From an uncultured Pseudomonadota bacterium (GTDB lineage: Bacteria; Babelota; Babeliae; Babelales; CAIQNR01), in NCBI GenBank assembly GCA_964570505.1, contig CAZMYL010000002.1:53414-117413 (forward strand): DNA of 64,000 nt, read 5' to 3'. The notes beneath the pieces are model-generated. The model was given only the letters and a program-made list of their open reading frames with translations. It searched no databases and was not told where the DNA came from. The translations under genes were made by a program, and so were the position numbers. Position 1 is the stretch's first letter, and every line of letters starts with the position of its first letter. Below are positions 56,254 to 64,000 of this stretch, one piece after another.

Positions 56254-57981
56254 ATGAAAGATGATAAAATGACTAACTCTGTTGCACCAAAAAAGAAAAC
56301 AGTTGTTCGTAAAAAAGAGCCAAAAGTAGTAGTGACAGAACAAATTATTGATCAGCAATCTATTCAGCAGGTAGTTGTTACTCCTCCTGTTTCTGTTGTA
56401 GCCGCTCCGGTTTTACCATCTGTTCAAGTTGTGTCTCAAGGTGAACAGGTTCAAAAACCAGCACGAGAAGGTGTAAGAAAACAATATACACCTAGAAGTC
56501 ATAATTCATCTCGTAATCAAAATCAGTCATCAACTCAGCGTCAAGAAAATTATCCAAGTATTCAAAATGGAAATCAGTCGCAAGTTCAATATTCACATCA
56601 GCAATCACAACAAAATCAGCAAAATTATCATCATCAAAGACAGCAAGATATTTCTCCGAAGGTTTTACTGCGCGAACAAATGGAAGAGCTCTCTGTGCAA
56701 GAACTCAATGTTCATGCACGTCGTTGGGGAATTATCGGTTCAAGTTTGATGCTTCATAGGGAGTTGGTAGAAAAAATACTTGAAGCTCAACAGCATCCAG
56801 ATAGAGAAATTGCTGTTGAAGGTTTGCTCGAAAAACTTCCAGATGGATTTGGTTTTTTACGTTCACAGAAATTTGATTATATCTCAAGTCCTGATGATGT
56901 GTATGTTTCTCCATCACAAATTCGTAGATTCGGTTTGCGTACTGGAGATACGGTTACAGGAACTATTCGTAAGCCAAAAGAAGGTGAAAAATATTTTGCA
57001 TTATTAAAAGTTGATAAAGTTAATTTTCAAGATCCTGTAAAGCTTAATGAGCGACCAACTTTTGATCGCTTGTCTCCAATGCATCCTGATAAAAAATTTA
57101 CGCTTGAATCAGATCCTCTTAAAATATCAACACGCTTAATGGATATTTTTACACCAGTAGGTCGTGGCCAAAGAGGTCTTATTGTTGCCCCTCCAAAAGC
57201 TGGTAAAACTATGCTGCTTAAAGAGATTGCGCAAAGTTTGATTTCTAATCATCCAGATGTTTATTTGATGGTTCTTCTTATAGATGAACGACCTGAAGAG
57301 GTTGCAGATATGAGAAGGTTTGTTAAAGGTGCTCATGCTGAAGTAATTAGTTCGACATTTGACGAATCAGCAGAGCGACATGTTCAAGTTGCAGAAATTG
57401 TGCTTGAAAAAGCAAAAAGATTTGTAGAATCAGGTAAAGATGTTGTAATTCTTCTTGATGCAATTACTCGCTTAGCGCGTGCTTATAATACAACAGCACC
57501 AGCTTCTGGTAAGGTGTTGACCGGAGGTATTGATGCAAATGCACTACAAAGACCAAAGCGTTTCTTTGGGGCAGCTCGTAGTATGGAAGAAGGTGGATCT
57601 CTTACCATTATAGCAACTGCTCTTGTAGAAACAGGCTCTCGTATGGATGAAGTTATTTATGAAGAGTTTAAAGGTACCGGTAATATGGAAATGCATTTAA
57701 GTAGAAAACTTGCAAATCGCCGTATTTACCCTGCTTATGACTTGCTTATGTCATCAACCCGTAGAGATGATTTGTTATTTTCAGATGAAGAACAAAAACG
57801 TTCATGGGTTCTTCAAAAATTCTTGGCAAACATGAATCCTATCGAAGGAATGGAATTTATGATTGATAAGATGAAGAAATTTAAAACCAATGAAGAGTTT
57901 TTTGATTCTATGAATAAGCAACGACCTGTTAATGGTTCATCAAATGGAAATGGCAATAATAGTACATCAGAATTAAAATAA
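56254..57981 (+). CDS. rho: transcription termination factor Rho with a ~135-aa N-terminal extension
   Basis: The ORF is 575 aa. It has a Rho_N helix bundle ([15 protein letters not shown]), a cold-shock-like RNA-binding domain (GFGFLRS), the P-loop APPKAGKT, and RecA-type motifs. Confidence 0.95.
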   Translation: MKDDKMTNSVAPKKKTVVRKKEPKVVVTEQIIDQQSIQQVVVTPPVSVVAAPVLPSVQVVSQGEQVQKPAREGVRKQYTPRSHNSSRNQNQSSTQRQENYPSIQNGNQSQVQYSHQQSQQNQQNYHHQRQQDISPKVLLREQMEELSVQELNVHARRWGIIGSSLMLHRELVEKILEAQQHPDREIAVEGLLEKLPDGFGFLRSQKFDYISSPDDVYVSPSQIRRFGLRTGDTVTGTIRKPKEGEKYFALLKVDKVNFQDPVKLNERPTFDRLSPMHPDKKFTLESDPLKISTRLMDIFTPVGRGQRGLIVAPPKAGKTMLLKEIAQSLISNHPDVYLMVLLIDERPEEVADMRRFVKGAHAEVISSTFDESAERHVQVAEIVLEKAKRFVESGKDVVILLDAITRLARAYNTTAPASGKVLTGGIDANALQRPKRFFGAARSMEEGGSLTIIATALVETGSRMDEVIYEEFKGTGNMEMHLSRKLANRRIYPAYDLLMSSTRRDDLLFSDEEQKRSWVLQKFLANMNPIEGMEFMIDKMKKFKTNEEFFDSMNKQRPVNGSSNGNGNNSTSELK

Positions 57982-57990
57982 TATAAGTAT

Positions 57991-58314
57991 ATGATTTGTT
58001 ATATGAGATCATCGCAGTCATTTTTTATGACAACATTATTGATGTCTTGTTTTATTAATACTTATTCTTCTGATAATCAAAAATTACCTCCTTTTCAAGA
58101 AAGGTATAGAGAGCCTTTTTCAAGAGGAATGATTGTTTTTGGAACTGCAGTTGTTGTTTCTGCTTTTGAACAAGCGGCAAGAGTTTGTGAAGGAGAAGAG
58201 GGGCAAATGCATTTTGCTAGTAATAGTTTAAAAACTTATAAGATTTATTTATTAGTAAAAACGGCTAGTTTAATAATTACTCCTGTGTTACGTGACCTTT
58301 TTAAAAAAAATTAA
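57991..58314 (+). CDS. small membrane/secreted protein, unknown function
   Basis: The ORF is 107 aa, 9 nt after the rho stop. It has two hydrophobic segments (FFMTTLLMSCFINTYS; MIVFGTAVVVSAF). Confidence 0.4.
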   Translation: MICYMRSSQSFFMTTLLMSCFINTYSSDNQKLPPFQERYREPFSRGMIVFGTAVVVSAFEQAARVCEGEEGQMHFASNSLKTYKIYLLVKTASLIITPVLRDLFKKN

Positions 58315-58359
58315 AAGTCTTATTTAGTTTTTAATCAAGAATAAGCTTTTATTTTGCAT

Positions 58360-58397
58360 ATAGAATCTTTATTTGGCATATTAAATAAAGATTCTAT
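58360..58397. repeat. perfect 15-bp inverted repeat (hairpin/operator candidate)
   Basis: atagaatctttattt (58360-58374) pairs with aaataaagattctat (58383-58397) around the 8-nt loop ggcatatt. A T-run follows about 15 nt downstream. It could terminate the rho unit or act as an operator for the next gene. Confidence 0.4.
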
Positions 58398-58475
58398 TAG
58401 TATTTATTGTTTTTTAAGTATACGTATATATATACTATTTTTAAATAAAGTTGTTTTATAGTAAAGGGTATATGT

Positions 58476-58910
58476 ATGAAAAAAGTAACTATGTTATTGC
58501 TTTTAACAGTGATTTCTATAAAAAATTTAAAAACAATGGACTTTGTAATAGAGCCGATAGTAGGTGATTTAGGAATTGAAGAAGAAGATGTGATTAAAAA
58601 ATTAAAAAGAGAAAAATATCTAGCTATTGGCATTTTAATGGGAGCAATACAACCAAAAATAAGATTAATAATGCAAATGATACAAGATGCAATGTATATA
58701 ACAGGAGAAAAAATGAAAAAAGAAACGGAAACAGCAATAGAAGGAATAGAAATAAAATTAAAAACAAAAATAGAAGGGGCAGCGAGTTTAAAAGAAGTAG
58801 AAAGAATAGCAAAACCTACATTTCATGAATCGCTAGAAGAATTAGAAAAAATAAAAGCAATAGTAAAAGAAAAAATTGAAGCAATAATGAAAAATTTAGA
58901 GAATGACTAA
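58476..58910 (+). CDS. secreted K/E/I-rich helical protein, unknown function
   Basis: The ORF is 144 aa with the signal MKKVTMLLLLTVISIKNL. The sequence is dominated by a repetitive KxKIEG/EAI composition. Confidence 0.5.
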   Translation: MKKVTMLLLLTVISIKNLKTMDFVIEPIVGDLGIEEEDVIKKLKREKYLAIGILMGAIQPKIRLIMQMIQDAMYITGEKMKKETETAIEGIEIKLKTKIEGAASLKEVERIAKPTFHESLEELEKIKAIVKEKIEAIMKNLEND

Positions 58911-58970
58911 AAATATAAACAATATTTTTTGATCAAATGTAGTAATGCAAATTTAAAAATTTGATTGTTT

Positions 58971-59002
58971 GAGCTTTTATTTTATATAAAAGCTCATTTT
59001 TA
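58971..59002. terminator. intrinsic terminator between convergent genes
   Basis: The stem pairs gagcttttat (58971-58980) with ataaaagctc (58986-58995) around the loop tttat, and is followed by attttta. Confidence 0.55.
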
Positions 59003-59008
59003 TTGAAA

Positions 59009-60031
59009 TCATAATATATCAAAATTTAATGAGTTAAATTCTTCTTTTTGTGCTTTATAATGGCCTACAAAAGCAATCATGCCTGCATTGTCAGTGCAAT
59101 ATTGAGGTGATGGAAAGAAAAAAGAAATTTGATATTTATGAGCTACTTCTTGAAGGCGTAATCGAATATATTTGTTGCATGCAACTCCTCCAACAAATGC
59201 TAATGCTTTATATTTATTTGGTTCTAAAGCAAGCGCTTTTTCTATTTTTTGTACAAAAATATCTGCTACGCAAATTAAAAATGAACTAGCCATTTTTTGT
59301 TTAAATTCTAATGAATGATCAAGTAATATTTTATTTTGTAAATCATATGCGCCACGCTTTACAGCATCATATAAAACAGCTGTTTTAAGTCCAGAAAAAC
59401 TAAACATAAGATCATTATTTTTATTTCTTGGATAATTAAAAAAGTCTTTAAAATTAACTTCACTAGCTAGTTTTTCTATAATTGGGCCACCTGGGTATCC
59501 AAGTTGAAGAAGTTTTGCAACTTTATCAAATGCTTCTCCAGCTGCGTCATCAAGGGTAGTTCCTAATGTTTGATATATTCCATAATCTTCTATGTTGTAA
59601 ATGCTGGTATGTCCTCCCGATGCCGTGATGCATAAAAATGGAAATGGTATTTTATTTTCTATGCATGCAGAAAAGGCATGCCCTTCAAGATGATTGATAG
59701 CAATAATTTTTTTATTTAAAGATCCTGCAAGCGCTTTGGCAAAAGCAACTCCTATTAAAAGTGATCCTGGAAGCCCAGGTTTGCTTGTAACTGCAATTGC
59801 ATCTATGTCATTAAGTTGTATGCCAGCTTTATCAAATGCTTCTTGTGTAATTTGATTTATTTTTTTGATATGTTCTCTTGATGCAATTTCCGGAACTACA
59901 CCACCATATTTTTTATGCATTTCAGTCTGAGAAAATAAAGTACTTGAAAGCATGCCATTATCTGTAGTGTAAATTGCAGCAGCTACTTCATCACATGAAG
60001 ATTCAAGGCCAAGAATTGTATATTTTTTCAT
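59009..60031 (-). CDS. tsaD: tRNA N6-adenosine threonylcarbamoyltransferase TsaD
   Basis: The ORF is 340 aa. The motifs are ILGLESSCDEVAAAI, HLEGH, SGGHT and GGVACN. Confidence 0.95.
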   Translation of the reverse strand: MKKYTILGLESSCDEVAAAIYTTDNGMLSSTLFSQTEMHKKYGGVVPEIASREHIKKINQITQEAFDKAGIQLNDIDAIAVTSKPGLPGSLLIGVAFAKALAGSLNKKIIAINHLEGHAFSACIENKIPFPFLCITASGGHTSIYNIEDYGIYQTLGTTLDDAAGEAFDKVAKLLQLGYPGGPIIEKLASEVNFKDFFNYPRNKNNDLMFSFSGLKTAVLYDAVKRGAYDLQNKILLDHSLEFKQKMASSFLICVADIFVQKIEKALALEPNKYKALAFVGGVACNKYIRLRLQEVAHKYQISFFFPSPQYCTDNAGMIAFVGHYKAQKEEFNSLNFDIL

Positions 60032-60759
60032 GATATCCGCGTTTTAAATATTTGATTTTTAGGTGACTGTAGGATAACCCATTCTTCTTTTTTATGGAAT
60101 CCGTCAATATCTAAAGATGCCAACAAAGCAATATTATGAATATATTCAAATAATTCTTTGTCTACATCAACATATATAATTGTTGGTAATAGAATAGAAA
60201 GTCCATTAGTGTTCCAATTTGATTCTTTTTTAACTCCTTTAATAAGGTCAGCGTCTTCTATAATTACTACAGCAGAAGAAGGAATAGTAAATGGGCCAAC
60301 CCCTCTTGTTTCTTTAATATTCCAACAATATTCATTTTTTAATAATGTTTTTTCTGCTTTTAATTGATAATGAAGATAGCTGCTTCCAGCTGGAACTTTA
60401 AGGGTTTCGATAGTATTTTTTTTAGGAGTTTCTACAAGAGCTATAACAATATCAAATGTTGAAAGTGCAGATTCGTAAAAACATGTATAACTACATAAAG
60501 GAGACATGTCATCATCGTAGTTTAAAGAAAGGTTCATAACGCTACCTTTATAATAAATGCGCGGCAGCGAGCATTTTTCTAGAGGAGTATTTTTAAAAGA
60601 TGATGGATATTTTATAAATCCAACATATGAAATTGATTTTTTAATAAGATCATTTTTTTGTGCTATTGGTATAGGCAAATAGTGATTTTGTGCAATAATA
60701 TTTTTATTTAGAGCTCCTAAGGTAATTATTATTATTGGTATATACATTTTTTTTAACAT
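60028..60759 (-). CDS. secreted protein, unknown function, translationally coupled to tsaD
   Basis: The signal peptide MLKKMYIPIIIITLGALNKNIIAQ starts at ATG 60759 after a gggaag RBS. Its stop overlaps the tsaD start (ATGA on the minus strand at 60028-60031). The longer ORF from 60828 is not favoured. Confidence 0.55.
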   Translation of the reverse strand: MLKKMYIPIIIITLGALNKNIIAQNHYLPIPIAQKNDLIKKSISYVGFIKYPSSFKNTPLEKCSLPRIYYKGSVMNLSLNYDDDMSPLCSYTCFYESALSTFDIVIALVETPKKNTIETLKVPAGSSYLHYQLKAEKTLLKNEYCWNIKETRGVGPFTIPSSAVVIIEDADLIKGVKKESNWNTNGLSILLPTIIYVDVDKELFEYIHNIALLASLDIDGFHKKEEWVILQSPKNQIFKTRIS

Positions 60760-60896
60760 AAGACTTCCCTTTTTTAAAAGCTTGTTGTGTTGATTCTGAT
60801 TTGTTAAAATATATTTTATTATCTTCATTTTTAATATTTCAAATCTATAACTTACTCTAAGATTTCTAGAGCAATAAATAAATATTAAGGGGCATT

Positions 60897-61358
60897 ATGT
60901 ATGCACGAGCTAAAGCAATTTTTAAAAGTTTTATAACTAAAGATGCATCTCCTTTAAAATTAGCACTTGCAGTGAGTGTTGCTATGTATATAGCATGGTC
61001 ACCGTTTTTAGGCTTTCATACGCTTATGCTTATTGCAGCAGGGTGGCTTTTAAATTTAAACATTCCTTTTTTGATTGCGACTGGTTACATCATAAACAAT
61101 CCGTGGACGATGATCCCTATCTATATGGGAGGGTATCTTTTTGGATATTGGCTTTTACATTCCTTTTTAGGTATTTCGCTAGAGAATCTTAATCCTTATT
61201 GGATGGAGTGGTTTAACCATAAGATTGTAGAATTTTTACATATTACAGAAATATCATTTTGGGCTTTTATGATTGGTGGAAATATATTAGGAATCATATT
61301 TGCTTTTATTGCTTATCCAATTGCATTAAAATTTATTAAAAAAATGGTTAGGGACTAA
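60897..61358 (+). CDS. DUF2062-like membrane protein
   Basis: The ORF is 153 aa with 3-4 TM segments. The block SPLKLALAVSVAMYIAWSPFLGFHTLMLIAAGWLL...NNPWT resembles DUF2062. This is a recalled pattern. Confidence 0.55.
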   Translation: MYARAKAIFKSFITKDASPLKLALAVSVAMYIAWSPFLGFHTLMLIAAGWLLNLNIPFLIATGYIINNPWTMIPIYMGGYLFGYWLLHSFLGISLENLNPYWMEWFNHKIVEFLHITEISFWAFMIGGNILGIIFAFIAYPIALKFIKKMVRD

Positions 61359-61368
61359 GGGGTTTATT

Positions 61369-61824
61369 GTGAAAATAATTAGCAAAAATAAAAAAGCTTT
61401 TCATGATTATGAAATTATAGAAAAAATAGAAGTTGGCCTTGTTTTAAATGGAGATGAGGTAAAATCGCTTAGAGCAGGGCATGTTAATATGACAGGAGCT
61501 TTTGCAACAAATCATAACGGAGAGTTTTTTATGATTAATTGTCATATTTCTCCTTATGAAAAAGCTTATATAAAAACTGACGATAATGCCAAAAGAAGTA
61601 GAAAATTATTGCTTCATAAACGAGAAATTAATCGTCTTGTTGGTGATATTTCATGTAAAGGAATTACATTGATTCCTTTATGTTTATATTTTAATGGTCG
61701 CAATAAAGTTAAGCTTGAACTTGGAGTTTGTAAGCATCGTAATGCTGCTGGTAAAAAGCAGATGCTTAAAGAGCGTGATATTAAGCGTGAAACATCGCGT
61801 GAAATGCGTGGTTATAAATCGTAA
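61369..61824 (+). CDS. smpB: SsrA-binding protein SmpB
   Basis: The ORF is 151 aa with a GTG start. It has KKAFHDYEIIEKIEVGLVLNGDEVKSLR and LLLHKREI, plus a basic C-terminal tail. ssrA follows directly. Confidence 0.93.
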   Translation: MKIISKNKKAFHDYEIIEKIEVGLVLNGDEVKSLRAGHVNMTGAFATNHNGEFFMINCHISPYEKAYIKTDDNAKRSRKLLLHKREINRLVGDISCKGITLIPLCLYFNGRNKVKLELGVCKHRNAAGKKQMLKERDIKRETSREMRGYKS

Positions 61825-61881
61825 TAATTGTAAAAAAATATAAATTCATTTAAATTAAAATAATCAATCTTTGAAATGTTT

Positions 61882-62258
61882 GGGGGCGCACTGGTTTCGA
61901 CGTGCTATTAAAGTTCGTAGAAGCATGCCGAGCTTTTATTGAGTGCTCGTAAAACAAACAGTAAAAACATAAATGCAAACAATGCATTTGCAAACCAAGC
62001 GTTTGCTGCTGCTTAACTTTAATAGTTAAACAGTCTTGTCTGATTGACATGCTCATATGTTAAGAAAGACTCGTATAATAAAAACAATGAGACTACTGCA
62101 GTAGATTATACCCGTTTGTAATGTAGTAGGATACTAACGTGTCTTAAAATATCTTCCCGTTTTCCAGGTAATGTTTTAAGAATTTGTGGAAACTAAGCAT
62201 GTAGGGTCTTCGTTCGGTAATTTTACGGACATGGGTTCGATTCCCATCGCCTCCACCA
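61882..62258 (+). ncRNA. ssrA: tmRNA (SsrA)
   Basis: The 5' end is GGGGGCGCACTGGTTTCGACG. The 3' end is GGACATGGGTTCGATTCCCATCGCCTCCACCA. The acceptor stem GGGGGCG/CGCCTCC contains a G3:U70 pair. A GCATGCCGAG...CTCGTAAAA pseudoknot-1 context is present. The tag reading frame GCA AAC AAT GCA TTT GCA AAC CAA GCG TTT GCT GCT GCT TAA (61975-62016) encodes ANNAFANQAFAAA. Confidence 0.93.
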
Positions 62259-63036
62259 TTCCCATAAGTTTCATTAAAAGATTTTTTTCTAACGAAAATT
62301 TTAATTTATAATCAGGATGCTCTGCGCAAATATCATCTAATATAGTGTCAAATTTTTTATTAAAAAAATTTATATAAATTTTCATAGTTTCTTTAAATTC
62401 TTCTGATAAATGAATTTTTCCGTACATTTTTCTTTCTGGATAATATTTATAGTGTTGTAAGTAAAGATCGTAAGAAGCAGTAGTTGACATTATTTTCTTT
62501 AAAAAAGATTCTTGATCTTCAAGTTTTGTATCCGAATCTTTTTTATACTTTAATAAACATCTTCTTAGATTCATCATCTCAAGAAAAAAATCTGTAAAAT
62601 CATCATCTATAGATCTTTCATTTATTAAATCATCATCATCTGCATTAGCTGGCAAGCTTAAAAATTTCAGGTTTAGAAGTTCTTTTTTGCTAAATAATTC
62701 TGGATAAGGGCACTCTTCCTGTTTGCTTAATTTTGAATATTCCCCTCCAAGATTAGATCTCTCTTCAAAATTAAAATCTGTATCATTTATAGTTGAAGGT
62801 TTAAAAGATTTTCTCATTTGAATTACTAATTTTTCAATAAGAGATTTTCTTCTATCATTGGATTTTGTTTCTTGAGTTCTAAAATCTCTAAAAGGTGCAC
62901 CTCTTAATGATAATGATAGCAATGTGTCTATTTCTTCCAACTTAGTTTGATCGGGGCAGCGACGTTTTGCTTCAAAAGAAGCTTCTTGTGCAAGACAATT
63001 ATGTATTACTAATAAAAATATTACTCTATAAAACAT
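62176..63036 (-). CDS. secreted protein, paralog A of a tandem pair; the 3' end runs into the ssrA gene
   Basis: The ORF is 286 aa with the signal MFYRVIFLLVIHNCLAQE. It shares the blocks KRRC and EERxNLGGEY...PYPELFS with 63040-63954. Its last 83 nt (62176-62258) are the reverse complement of the tmRNA 3' domain. Confidence 0.65.
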   Translation of the reverse strand: MFYRVIFLLVIHNCLAQEASFEAKRRCPDQTKLEEIDTLLSLSLRGAPFRDFRTQETKSNDRRKSLIEKLVIQMRKSFKPSTINDTDFNFEERSNLGGEYSKLSKQEECPYPELFSKKELLNLKFLSLPANADDDDLINERSIDDDFTDFFLEMMNLRRCLLKYKKDSDTKLEDQESFLKKIMSTTASYDLYLQHYKYYPERKMYGKIHLSEEFKETMKIYINFFNKKFDTILDDICAEHPDYKLKFSLEKNLLMKLMGMVEAMGIEPMSVKLPNEDPTCLVSTNS

Positions 63037-63039
63037 TTT

Positions 63040-63954
63040 TTACTTTGGATTAATTAATTTTAATTTCATCATGATTTTTTCTCTATCTACAGCAAAAGTA
63101 AAATTATACTCAGGTACAATTTCTTGAATTTTATTTAATGTGTATTCAAATATTCCTTCAAAGCAATGCATATAATAGTCCATTTTTTTTCTAAATTCAG
63201 GAGATAAGTCTAATTGCTCAACAGATTTAGGCTTGTCTCTAAAGCATTCTAAAAAAATATTATATTCGGTTTTCCAATATGATACTTCTTTTAAAACATC
63301 CTCTTTTTCATTAACTGATATTAATTTTAACCACCTTGTATTATTTGACAATCTCATTAGATTTTCTGTGTAAATAACAAAATCAGCAAAATAATCTTCA
63401 ATAGTTTTTTTATTAGGATTAAGTATCAAATATTCTTCTATGCTTCTTGATTCTTCGAGAAGATCAATAAGATCTTCTTCTGTCATTTTCTTATGAGATT
63501 CAAATTGCAAGCATTCCTTGATTATTTTTGATTCTTTTAAAAAATCAATAAGATTTTCTTCTTGCTCACTAAATAACTCTGGGTAGGGTGTGGCTTCTTC
63601 TTCGGTTAATTCTTGATATTCACCTCCAAGATTAAATCTTTCTTCACGATTTAAAATTCGACGATTTATAGTTAAAATCTTTAAAAATTTTTTGAGGTTA
63701 AATTTTAATATCTCTTCTTTTAATAAGTTGTTAAAAACTGTATCTCTTAAAAAATTTTTTTTTATTAATGTTCGATTTATAGATTCTTCGAGCAGTTCTT
63801 CTTTTTTTGATAATAATTGATTTGTTTGTCTAAATTCTAATTCTGGTTGTTCATATAATAGGGATGAATTTATGCAGCGACGTTTTGGGTTAAAAAAAGT
63901 TTCTTGTGCAAGGCAATTATGTATTGCTAATAAAAATATCACTCTATAAAACAT
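63040..63954 (-). CDS. secreted protein, paralog B of a tandem pair
   Basis: The ORF is 304 aa with the signal MFYRVIFLLAIHNCLAQE. The first 60 nt or so, plus the immediate upstream nucleotides, are nearly identical to those of paralog A. Its stop lies 3 nt before the start of paralog A. Confidence 0.65.
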   Translation of the reverse strand: MFYRVIFLLAIHNCLAQETFFNPKRRCINSSLLYEQPELEFRQTNQLLSKKEELLEESINRTLIKKNFLRDTVFNNLLKEEILKFNLKKFLKILTINRRILNREERFNLGGEYQELTEEEATPYPELFSEQEENLIDFLKESKIIKECLQFESHKKMTEEDLIDLLEESRSIEEYLILNPNKKTIEDYFADFVIYTENLMRLSNNTRWLKLISVNEKEDVLKEVSYWKTEYNIFLECFRDKPKSVEQLDLSPEFRKKMDYYMHCFEGIFEYTLNKIQEIVPEYNFTFAVDREKIMMKLKLINPK

Positions 63955-64000
63955 TTTTTATTTCCTTAAAATTTAATTATTATTTTAATAATATTAGTAA

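Noticed and set aside
58624-58812. A Leu/Phe-only 62-aa minus-strand ORF.
   Set aside because: It is the mirror image of the K/E/I-rich coding sequence of 58476-58910 and is a compositional artefact.
61850-62056. A 68-aa minus-strand ORF.
   Set aside because: It lies antisense inside the tmRNA gene (5' domain and tag region) and is an artefact.
1-64000. I searched for IS elements, transposases, integrases, prophage genes, CRISPR arrays, rRNA genes, toxin-antitoxin pairs and recognisable defence systems.
   Set aside because: None were recognisable. The only mobility-related hint is the ssrA-adjacent junction, which is reported as a finding.

Overview
This is a visibly AT-rich, gene-dense bacterial chromosome segment read with the standard genetic code. 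I count about 60 credible ORFs, one tRNA-Gly(GCC) and one tmRNA, and I saw no rRNA, CRISPR array, IS element, transposase or integrase. Diderm hallmarks are present: MlaEF, two secretins, a Pal/OmpA lipoprotein and a large beta-barrel OMP. These are interleaved with housekeeping genes (dcd, aspS, nfo, nusA-infB, gatB, rng, jag-mnmE, ruvA, ddl, orn, priA, polA, thyX, rpmA, secF, rho, tsaD, smpB-ssrA). Many of those genes lack their usual operon partners. There are also many signal-peptide ORFs with no family I recognise. I associate this layout with reduced, host-associated genomes, but the taxon cannot be determined from the sequence alone. The most noteworthy observations are these. (1) A translationally coupled five-gene operon (3878-12313) encodes a GspC-like protein, secretin 1, a GspL/PilMN-like protein, a GspM/PilO-like protein and secretin 2, with no ATPase, platform or pilin gene nearby. 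(2) Two inverted tandem arrays of 11-bp-spaced DnaA boxes plus an A/T-only tract (23209-23514) lie upstream of nusA and resemble an oriC, with no dnaA in view. (3) An enolase homolog has most catalytic and metal-ligand motifs substituted. (4) A head-to-tail Ddl-Ddl fusion has a Tyr->Phe change in the omega-loop KY motif of the second module. (5) At the 3' end of ssrA, a tandem pair of secreted paralogs begins and one of them reads through into the tmRNA gene, which suggests an island junction. (6) Rho carries a Q/N-rich N-terminal extension. (7) A gene is split by a T7 homopolymer frameshift. (8) Several secreted enzyme-fold proteins have degenerate motifs (PP2C-like, HIT). All family calls come from motif recognition by eye. 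No alignments, HMM searches or database look-ups were run.
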